A DNA stretch of 64,000 nucleotides from contig CBDDLB010000002.1 in NCBI GenBank assembly GCA_965230435.1, forward strand, positions 598,706 to 662,705, read 5' to 3'. Positions within the stretch are counted from its first letter, which is position 1, and each line of letters opens with the position of its first letter. A model generated the notes under the pieces. It was not told the DNA's origin. It did no database searches and was given only the letters and a program-made list of their open reading frames with translations. Shown here piece by piece: positions 31,584 to 39,119 of the stretch. Origin of the DNA: Bacteroidales bacterium (GTDB taxonomy: Bacteria > Bacteroidota > Bacteroidia > Bacteroidales > JBDKHP01). Position numbers and translations under genes: made by a program.

Positions 31584-31874
31584 CTATGTTATCGTTTATT
31601 TTTCGCTACTCGTAGCAGGGAGATTTCCGATACCCAAAGGTGGTATAAGCTAAAACAGAAAGGTTCGGGCAGGCTGTTAATGTTATCCATTGAGGATACC
31701 TTGAAAATTATCACCCGAAACCCGTTTCAGTATATGCGTGTTTATAAGGATATAAGAAAAGCTATTGTTAAGTCTTTCCCGTACAGTTTGTATTACTGCA
31801 TTGATGAAGATGTTAAGCTGGTGGAGGTTATTGCCTTTCGGCATCAGGCGCAGGATTCGGAAGCTTTGGAATAG
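31581..31874 (+). pseudogene. ParE/RelE-family toxin remnant lacking a start codon and an antitoxin
   Basis: The in-frame read from just after the TAG at 31578-31580 is RLCYRLFFATRSREISDTQRWYKLKQKGSGRLLMLSIEDTLKIITRNPFQYMRVYKDIRKAIVKSFPYSLYYCIDEDVKLVEVIAFRHQAQD. This resembles Bacteroidota ParE-like toxins (WY..Q..GLG..F...I...NP...; VxVxxxxHxxxD). The only ATG is mid-gene (31680). The 5' end abuts repeat copy 2. Confidence 0.55.
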
Positions 31875-31910
31875 TTAACGTTTGGCACTTCAACCGCCAC
31901 GAAATTGAAA

Positions 31911-31934
31911 AAGGCAGAATGTTGGTTCTGCCTT
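31911..31934 (+). terminator. Hairpin downstream of the ParE-like ORF
   Basis: AAGGCAGAA-TGTTGG-TTCTGCCTT forms a 9-bp stem followed by CTTTAAAT. Confidence 0.45.
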
Positions 31935-31995
31935 CTTTAAATGTCATATTGGGAACTTGTTACATCCGAAATCAAGCATAAAACATCACAAACCT

Positions 31996-32079
31996 GCTGA
32001 GCAGAAGACTGCGGCTCTGCTCAATACCATGTTTTCTGAACTGTATGGTATCGAGCAGAGCCGCAGTCTTCTGCTCAGC
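31996..32079. repeat. 84-nt near-perfect inverted repeat (35-bp arms, 14-nt loop)
   Basis: The left arm is GCTGAGCAGAAGACTGCGGCTCTGCTCAATACCAT (31996-32030). The right arm is ATGGTATCGAGCAGAGCCGCAGTCTTCTGCTCAGC (32045-32079). There is one mismatch in 35. Confidence 0.9.
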
Positions 32080-32211
32080 GCTTCGCGATGGTCTACTCGC
32101 TACGATTAGCGGGGGGGCGAAGCTTTCCACTGTTGGTAATTAGCACTAAAAACCCGACATGATTTGTATTCGTTTTATCGGAACACTTCACATGGTTTGT
32201 GTTCATATTTT

Positions 32212-33042
32212 TCAGAACACACCAACATGTTTTGTGCCCTCTTTTTCTTTACCTTTCCACCTTTTAAATCCCCAAAGAATGAAAAATAAAAAGAAAAGAC
32301 CAAATACAAGAATAAATGCAAAATAGATAGCCAAAGGAACAACAATATTTTCTTGTTGAATTACAGGAAATAACAAGATCAGCATATTATATATACTGTG
32401 AGCAAAAAAACTACCTATAAAATTGAATTTCAAGTAAATAAACGTCAAGAAAACACCTAAAAAAAACATATTAACCCACATGAAATAGATTTCATTCATA
32501 TCGCCACCTAAAATAATTATGAGATAATTAGTGTGTATTAAAACGAAAAAGAACAGAGACAGAAAAATACCCATTCTTTTCTCCCTAAATACAGATGTTA
32601 TCATAAAGTGTCTAAAAACAAGTTCCTCAGCAAATGGAGCTGCAAACCCTAACCCAATAAGCTTTATTATGAACAAATTGAATTTTACACTTTCTTTAAT
32701 CAACAAGATTTCCTTAGTAAAATCAGCATGAAAAAAACGTCTAATTGGATCCATTAAAACAAAAAAACATAACGATAATACTATTATTATCAAAATCTTA
32801 GACTTTGCAATACTTACCTGAATAACAGAGACTTTCCGCCTAAGGAATAAAACCAATATCCAGAAAAAAGCTGACAATAACATTGAACCATAGGTGATAA
32901 TATAATTAGACTCTTGTCTGACAGTATTAAAGTAAGTAGTAATTATATACCATAGTAAAGTGCCTAATCCTTCAAGAACTATAAAGAACAAAAGAAAAAG
33001 TCCGAAAGACTTAATCATAGGTAAATCTCTAATGTGCAACAT
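32212..33042 (-). CDS. CPBP-family intramembrane glutamic endopeptidase (CAAX/Abi family), candidate immunity protein for the upstream Rhs-CT
   Basis: It is polytopic and hydrophobic. CPBP motifs are AAPFAEELVFRH (EExxxR), FFFVLIH (FxxxH) and FFAHSIYN (HxxxN). It starts 8 bp after the Rhs-CT stop; an alternative start is MIKSFGLF at 33018. Confidence 0.75.
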   Translation of the reverse strand: MLHIRDLPMIKSFGLFLLFFIVLEGLGTLLWYIITTYFNTVRQESNYIITYGSMLLSAFFWILVLFLRRKVSVIQVSIAKSKILIIIVLSLCFFVLMDPIRRFFHADFTKEILLIKESVKFNLFIIKLIGLGFAAPFAEELVFRHFMITSVFREKRMGIFLSLFFFVLIHTNYLIIILGGDMNEIYFMWVNMFFLGVFLTFIYLKFNFIGSFFAHSIYNMLILLFPVIQQENIVVPLAIYFAFILVFGLFFLFFILWGFKRWKGKEKEGTKHVGVF

Positions 33043-33050
33043 GATATTTA

Positions 33051-34291
33051 TTACTTGATTTGTTTTAACAACCTTTTGTTGACACCTCTCAGACTGTCAG
33101 TTTTTCTCTTTGATTTAACAGCTTTTTCCATAAAATCTCTTGACTTCGTCCTGTGTTGAGAGGCTTGAATACCATGAAATAATCGAGACGTTGCACCACC
33201 ACTACCTGGAGCAGATTTTGAGCCGTCACATGCATTAGTTCCTGCTGCGTTTTTCATTTCATCATCCCTTAGCTTTTCATGCTTATTGGCTTGTTTAATA
33301 TAATTACTTCCTTTTCTTTCTTCAATTACGATCTCCATTCCATTTTCCATTATTTCTGTTTTTGTAGATTCAGTTACGAAATCAACATTTTCTCGAACAA
33401 CAGAAAGGCTGAGTTCATCCCCTTCATTCATGTTAAGTTTTGTATATTCAGGATCATTGATATCCATTTTATTTTCAACATTCGAAAATTTTTCAGGATT
33501 AGAGAATACAATATCTGAGAACTTGACTTTTGTATTTAGGGAGTATCCATATTCCGCTTGAGTTTCAGGATTATTTAAATCTTCAGCTATTTGAGTAGGC
33601 CCTTGACCTGCTTCAACCCGGTAACCAATTAAATTGCCATCATCGTCAACAATCGGTTCTTCAAGCATTCCATCAAGGTCGATAAATCTTATTGGGTTAT
33701 TGTAAGCATATCGATATGGACTCCACCTCCTGTTAACTTCTGCCAATGGATCTGATACGTGCCACCTTCCTAAAGTTGGGTCATAGAACCTCGCCCCATA
33801 ATCGTACCAGTTCAACTCATGATCCTCCTGAAGCTCCTTGCCATTGTACTTGTACTGGTTAGTAGAACTACCTTTCTCCAGACCGGTAAAATCCATACCA
33901 AAAGGATAATAATGGAAATCATGTATATCGGTTATGCCTGTCCCATCAGCAATGAAATCGACACGCGTGTTGCCAAGGTGGTCTTTCAGGAAATAGTGCC
34001 AGTTGTCTGTCTCATCTATATAACCCTCATCGTGCAAGATCTTCTTCAACAGGCTGTTGCCGTCGTATATGTAGCTCCCCACATATTTTCTGCCAGCGGT
34101 CAGGTCTTCTGTACCGTCCTTTTTGAAGACTTTCTTTTCCAGCTTTATGCCAGCGGCATCGTAATGTACTCAATCGTGCCCTTTTCTGCAATGGTGATTT
34201 CGCTTGGCAGGTTCAGTTGGTTGTACTCTACCTTTGTGATGCCTTTGTTGTCGTCACGGATCATGTTGCCGTTCAGGTCATAGGTATATTC
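33051..34291 (-). pseudogene. Orphan, 5'-truncated and frameshifted Rhs/YD-repeat C-terminal cassette with an unrecognised ~204-aa toxin domain
   Basis: YD-repeat translation starts abruptly after a TAG at 34292-34294: EYTYDLNGNMIRDDNKGITKVEYNQLNLPSEITIAEKGTIEYI. A 1-nt frameshift lies near 34163, after which the read continues (Y)DAAGIKLEKKVFKKDGTEDLTAGRKYVGSYIYDGN... The Rhs core end is YDYGARFYDPTLGRWHVSDPL...YAYNNPIRFIDLDGM. A novel CT occupies 33051-33665. Confidence 0.75.
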
Positions 34292-34919
34292 CTAGGGTTT
34301 GTTTACTCCTTCAACAAACAAAAGCTCTAGGTATACGCCACAGTCACGAACTGGATACTACCAACTATGGACTCATCGACATAACCATGATCAGCTCTGA
34401 ACAAATCTTCATCATTAAATTTAAAGTGGATATGCCTGCTGAAACTGCTTTGCTCCAAAATAAGGCAAACCGTTACTTTGAAAAATACCCTACCCAGGGC
34501 TAAATAGATCAACTAATTAACTTTCAATCTAATATGGAAACAAGAAGTATCTATGGGTTTGAGTATAAGCTTTTATGATGTACCTTGAAACGTTCACCTA
34601 TACTAAATTTCAAACTTCTTCAACGGAATATTCGCTGTGAGGGACAGGTATTAAAAAAGCAGAAAATATGCCTCCTGTTTTTTGGTAAAACATAGTTTTA
34701 GCACGCTTAGCCACAGGCTAACGCTTAGCGACTATACATAGTTTATTTGCTTTACTGGAGGTAAACAAGCAGGAAAATGATTACAACACCAAAACAGGCT
34801 CTTACAAATAATCAATCTCCATCAAGGATAGCTTCAAACTTGAAAAGTAAAAAAGAAGAGTAGGCCCGAGTCACAACAGGCCTATATTTCTGAAAAGAAT
34901 TATTACTCAAGTACACAGC

Positions 34920-35195
34920 TTAATAATCAATTTGAGCTTGTTCCCTCTCTTTATCCTTCAAGACAGCAACAATCAAATAAGCTAAAGATCCACCAATGGC
35001 TGCCCCAAAAATAGCTGAAAGATACATCTGCATTCCTTCACCGAACGAAAAAGCTCCAACAATTGCACCAGTGAATTCACCAATTATCCAAAATAAAACA
35101 AAGAAAAAGACAAACCATCCCCGAGCATAACCTTTTTCTTCCGCTCTCTGCCCTACTTTTTTAGAAAAATAAATAATTGCAAAAATTTCTAACAT
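34920..35195 (-). CDS. Small hypothetical membrane protein (91 aa)
   Basis: There are three predicted hydrophobic segments (IFAIIYF, WFVFFFVLFWIIGEFTGAIVGAF, YLSAIFGAAIGGSLAYLIVAV). I recognise no family. Confidence 0.5.
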   Translation of the reverse strand: MLEIFAIIYFSKKVGQRAEEKGYARGWFVFFFVLFWIIGEFTGAIVGAFSFGEGMQMYLSAIFGAAIGGSLAYLIVAVLKDKEREQAQIDY

Positions 35196-35305
35196 AATCT
35201 ATTTTTAAATTTATTTTAGCATTATTGTTTAAAACGTCCATAAACAGCTTTTAGTGTTTCAAGAGTAATTTTATCACAAAAAACAAGAAACTATACCTAT
35301 ACTTA

Positions 35306-36853
35306 TCATTTCTCCCCAAAAACAACATCAATCAAACATCCATCCACCCACTTAATCCCAGCCACCACCTCATCAGAAAACACCACCTTATCAGGCACAC
35401 CACAAATCTCCTCAGCCTCAGCCTTAAGCCCAGCAATGTTTTTGATAGGAAGCGAGCTATCCTTCATTCGCTCCAAAAGATCAGTCCGCAAAGGATTTAT
35501 AGCAATACCACGCTCAGTAACAATCACATCAATCAATTCCCCAGGGCCACAAAGAGTAGTCACTTCATCAACAATCACAGGAATTCTGTCACGGAAAAGA
35601 GGCAAAGGAAGGATAACCGTTTTTGAAAAAAGGCAATTCTGCCAACCTCCAATACCATGTAGCAATTTACCATCAGAATGAGTAACGACGTTTCCGTTGA
35701 AATTCAGATCAACCTCAGTAGCCCCAAGAATAGCAATATCTACCCACTGAGCAAAGTTCCCCTTACCATGATAATTGTAGCTCGTAAACGGACTTGTATT
35801 AACATGATTTGGGCTCTCTGCCATAGACCGCACACCATCCAGATCGAAAGTCTGACCATCGAGAATATAATCCACCAAGCCTTCCTCAAGCATCTGCACA
35901 AGATATTTGTTCGATCCACCACGGGCAAAACGCGCCTTTATACCGTTCTCAAGCATCACCTCTCGGAAAAACTGACTAACAGCAAGCGACGTCCCTCCTG
36001 CCCCAGTCTGAAAACTAAAACCATCTTTTATCAGTCCAGCCTCATTGCAAAATTGAGCAGTCAATTCAGCCAAATAAAGGCGATCTGGGCTTTTAGTAAC
36101 CTTAGTTGTACCAGAAACTATGCGCTCAGGAATACCTATTTCATCCATCTTCACTGTAAAATCAACATGATTTCCCTGAATCTGCCACGGCACACAAGGA
36201 AAATCGACCATATTATCCGTCACCACAATCACTTTATCAGCATATTCGCTATCCACCAAAGCAAAGCCTAGCAATCCACTCGCCGACTCTCCGAAAAGCC
36301 CATTGGCATTACCAAACGGATCGGCACAAGCAGCACCAATCACAGCAATATCAATCTGTACCTCACCATCTTGCACAGCCTGATAACGCCCACCGTGAGA
36401 ACGTAAAACCGCCGCTCCCTTCATTTTCCCTTCCGAAGTAAACGCCCCAAGCGGTCCATTCATACTACCTTCAATATGATGAATCGTTCCATCCTCCAAA
36501 TACTGAATCAAATGCTCATGGCAAGGAAAACTCGCAGACGGAAACCAAACCAGATCTTTAATTTCAAGCTCCTTAGCAATATCAAAAATCTGATTAGCAA
36601 TCAGGTCACCATTGCGAAAGTGGTGATGAGTACTAATAGTCATTCCATCTTTCAGCCCAGCCTTCTCCAGCGCCTCTTTCAACGATTCAACCTCTTTGTT
36701 GCCATCTGGCGGATAATCAGCCACAGACGAAACCTTTGGGGCAAACTTCCGCGCATTGGGCTTGTACTTACCAACTCCCTGAAAAGGCACTTGCTTTTTT
36801 CCATTTATTTCTGTCGGGACAAGGCGTCCCGCTGCATTTTTTACAAATTCCAT
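35306..36853 (-). CDS. citF: Citrate lyase alpha subunit (citrate CoA-transferase)
   Basis: MEFVKNAAGRLVPTEINGKK...ISTHHHFRNGD...LRSHGGR... is typical of CitF, as is the 515-aa length. Confidence 0.88.
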   Translation of the reverse strand: MEFVKNAAGRLVPTEINGKKQVPFQGVGKYKPNARKFAPKVSSVADYPPDGNKEVESLKEALEKAGLKDGMTISTHHHFRNGDLIANQIFDIAKELEIKDLVWFPSASFPCHEHLIQYLEDGTIHHIEGSMNGPLGAFTSEGKMKGAAVLRSHGGRYQAVQDGEVQIDIAVIGAACADPFGNANGLFGESASGLLGFALVDSEYADKVIVVTDNMVDFPCVPWQIQGNHVDFTVKMDEIGIPERIVSGTTKVTKSPDRLYLAELTAQFCNEAGLIKDGFSFQTGAGGTSLAVSQFFREVMLENGIKARFARGGSNKYLVQMLEEGLVDYILDGQTFDLDGVRSMAESPNHVNTSPFTSYNYHGKGNFAQWVDIAILGATEVDLNFNGNVVTHSDGKLLHGIGGWQNCLFSKTVILPLPLFRDRIPVIVDEVTTLCGPGELIDVIVTERGIAINPLRTDLLERMKDSSLPIKNIAGLKAEAEEICGVPDKVVFSDEVVAGIKWVDGCLIDVVFGEK

Positions 36854-36868
36854 ATCGGTAGGCTTAGG

Positions 36869-36910
36869 GAATTATGAATTATGAATTATGAATTATGAAT
36901 TATGAATTAT
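36869..36910. repeat. Heptanucleotide tandem repeat (GAATTAT)x6
   Basis: Six perfect head-to-tail copies are read directly, lying 16 bp upstream of the citF start codon in the citDE-citF intergenic spacer. Confidence 0.95.
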
Positions 36911-37013
36911 TTGTGCAGAAAAAATCTTTCAAGAAGAAAGAAATAATCCGGTATTAGAATCACCAGACACTCACGCGCCAGCCCATTAATAATTACGAAT
37001 TAATAATTCCTAA

Positions 37014-38204
37014 TTAAACAAGCCTAAGCTCACGAGCCAATTTAACAATCCGCTGAGCACGTTTAACAACAGGAGGGTCTATCATTTTCGAACCAAGCGC
37101 CACAACACCTAGTCCTTTTTCGGTTGCCTCTTCAAAAGCAGCCACAATTTCCTGAGCCTTTTCAATTTCCATCTCTTCAGGCGCATAACTATCATGAATC
37201 ACCTTTATCTGTCGAGGATGTATACACCCCATTCCCTCAAAACCCAGACTTTTCGATGTCGCAATCGTATTTCGCAAACCTTCCATATCCTGCACATCAG
37301 AAAAAACAGAATCAATCGCCTGCACACCTGCCGCTTTACAAGCATTCACAACACGCGTCCGTGCATAAAGCGACTCCTGAGCCTCCAGAGTACGCCTAAC
37401 ACCCAAATCCGCTGTCATATCCTCAAGCCCAATAGCCAGAGCAACCACCGCAGAGTCAGCAGTAGCAATCTCAAAAGCCTTTTCCACTCCCAAAGCACTT
37501 TCGATTATTGGCATTATGAAAATCGGCCTCGTTTTTTCCTTCTGAATACCCCGAATCTTTTCCACAACCGAATGCACCTGAGCAGCAGACTCACACTTAG
37601 GCAACAAAACCAAATGCAGGTTATGAGGAACAACATACTCCAAATCCTCCAACCCAGCAGGCAACTGATTAATGCGCACCATCCGTTCAGCACCATAAAA
37701 ATTCACACTCCGCAGAGCATTCCGCACCAAAATCCGAGCTTCAGCCTTTTTCGCTGGGGCAACAGAATCCTCAAGATCCAGAATCACACCGTTGGGCTTG
37801 TGAATTCCAGCATTAATCATCATGCTTGGTGTATTTCCCGGAAGATACAGACGCGAAAAGCGAAACCTATCACGGGAACTTTCATACACATTCTTAGCAT
37901 TCATCGGCAACAGATACTGCGTTTTAAAATCCCCAACTTGTCTCAGTGCAGCTTCAATACGAGCCGCAATCACATAAGGCAAAGCCCCCCGGTCAATAAT
38001 CTCAGCATCAATATTCTGGACATCATAAAAATCCATGATATCATCAAAAAGCTCTCTATTCGCACGGCCATACATCACCTCAACCTTACTTTTCATTCGT
38101 AATTGCCGCCCACCACTTTCCGTAAGCTGCAACTGGACATAACAATCCGAACGCACCTTTTCGCCCAGATTGCCAGCTTCCGCTATCGGTTTGTTTTCGT
38201 TCAT
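37014..38204 (-). CDS. citE: Fused citrate lyase acyl-carrier (gamma, CitD-like N-terminus) + beta subunit (citryl-CoA lyase, CitE)
   Basis: The N-terminal ~95 aa (AEAGNLGEKVRSDCYVQLQL...IDRGALPYVIAARIEAALRQ) parallels CitD (AGTLESGDVMIRI...DDKGALDCILRARLEALL). The rest has HpcH/CitE motifs RLYLPGNTPSMM..ILDLEDSVAP..IESALGV. Confidence 0.8.
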   Translation of the reverse strand: MNENKPIAEAGNLGEKVRSDCYVQLQLTESGGRQLRMKSKVEVMYGRANRELFDDIMDFYDVQNIDAEIIDRGALPYVIAARIEAALRQVGDFKTQYLLPMNAKNVYESSRDRFRFSRLYLPGNTPSMMINAGIHKPNGVILDLEDSVAPAKKAEARILVRNALRSVNFYGAERMVRINQLPAGLEDLEYVVPHNLHLVLLPKCESAAQVHSVVEKIRGIQKEKTRPIFIMPIIESALGVEKAFEIATADSAVVALAIGLEDMTADLGVRRTLEAQESLYARTRVVNACKAAGVQAIDSVFSDVQDMEGLRNTIATSKSLGFEGMGCIHPRQIKVIHDSYAPEEMEIEKAQEIVAAFEEATEKGLGVVALGSKMIDPPVVKRAQRIVKLARELRLV

Positions 38205-38344
38205 TGTAGAAGAGTTTAAAAGATGGGTAGAAACTTAAGAACTGGCCATCAAACACCAGCCTACAAAAGACAATTTAAGCTTTCGGAGTCAAAAAACTAA
38301 ATTCCCGAGGCTATTTTAGATTTGCTACATACCACGATCCTCAA

Positions 38345-38764
38345 TCAACCAACAATAGAGCGCCTCACCATTGAAGTATGATTCTCCTCTACAAGCTGAA
38401 AACCAAACTTTTCATACAGCCCATGAGCATCATTCGTGCTCAGTTTCCACGTTTTTACTTTTTTAAACTTTGGCAGATCAAAAATATAGGTCAATAACTC
38501 CTGAGCATATCCCCGTCCCTGTTCAGCTTCTATAATAAAAACATCCATCAGGTACGCGAAAAAAACACCATCCGTCACCACTCTCGCAAAACCGATCTGG
38601 CGGCCATCCTTATAAACACCAAAACAATGCGAATTCCCAATGCTCACCTCCACCTCTTCCAATGTCCGTCCTTCACCCCAGTAAGATCGCCTCAAAAACT
38701 CATGAACAAACTCTCTATCCAAACGATCTTGCGACTCCGAAATCTCAATTTCTTTCATAATCAT
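38345..38764 (-). CDS. GNAT-family N-acetyltransferase
   Basis: The likely start is MIMKEIEISES at 38764. The acetyl-CoA motif is EAEQGRGYAQELL. The longer track ORF (to 38923) reads through a GC-rich intergenic repeat. Confidence 0.8.
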   Translation of the reverse strand: MIMKEIEISESQDRLDREFVHEFLRRSYWGEGRTLEEVEVSIGNSHCFGVYKDGRQIGFARVVTDGVFFAYLMDVFIIEAEQGRGYAQELLTYIFDLPKFKKVKTWKLSTNDAHGLYEKFGFQLVEENHTSMVRRSIVG

Positions 38765-38825
38765 TATCCTTTGTATTTTTTTATCATCACTTAGAATAAT
38801 TAGGAGCACAACGTCAACCACATCA

Positions 38826-39010
38826 CCCAACCCAGTCGCGCCTTCCACTACAAGTCCTCGCCCCACGCGCTGTTCAACATCGGCACGGAAGTCTATTCCG
38901 CTCTCGCTCCATAGCTCCCGCACCGTGTTTCACAAGCACGTGTTGCTGTGGGCTTTCCGCTACAGTCGCGGCTATTTTTAAAACGATATCACTTCCTACA
39001 GCTCCCCTAT
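38826..39010 (+). repeat. Copy 4 of the degenerate composite repeat (GC-richest copy)
   Basis: GCCTTCCACTACAAGTCCTCGCCCCACGCGCT resembles GCCTTTAATTGCAAGTCCTCATCCTACGAGCT (14960-14990). GGGCTTTCCGCTACAGTCGCGGCT resembles TTCGTTCCACTGCGGTCGTCC (3585-3605). Confidence 0.4.
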
Positions 39011-39119
39011 TTCAAATAGAATAACAGATCCGAATTCATCTTCGGAAATAACAAGTAAGTTAAGTGTAAAAATAATTTTGGTTAAGGCGCACAAAGCATT
39101 CAATGCCACTACATACTAC

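Noticed and set aside
34330-34503. A + strand frame reading ...ITMISSEQIFIIKFKVDMPAETALLQNKANRYFEKYPTQG*, possibly the tail of a decayed gene.
   Set aside because: It has no start codon and no recognisable family, and it is only ~58 aa. It may be debris in the Rhs junkyard, but a call is not supportable.
35678-36271. A 197-aa ORF on the + strand, antisense to citF.
   Set aside because: It is a shadow ORF within a confidently identified citF and has no motifs.
37194-38102. A 302-aa ORF on the + strand, antisense to citDE.
   Set aside because: It lies entirely inside a gene with strong CitD/CitE motifs on the other strand. Its translation is low-complexity (H/N/I/R/S/Q-rich) with no recognisable motif. 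This is a typical shadow ORF.
38765-38923. An N-terminal 53-aa extension of the GNAT ORF (MRELWSESGIDFRADVEQRVGRGLVVEGATGLG...).
   Set aside because: The extension reads through the GC-rich composite repeat. The GNAT domain is complete from MIMKEIE at 38764.
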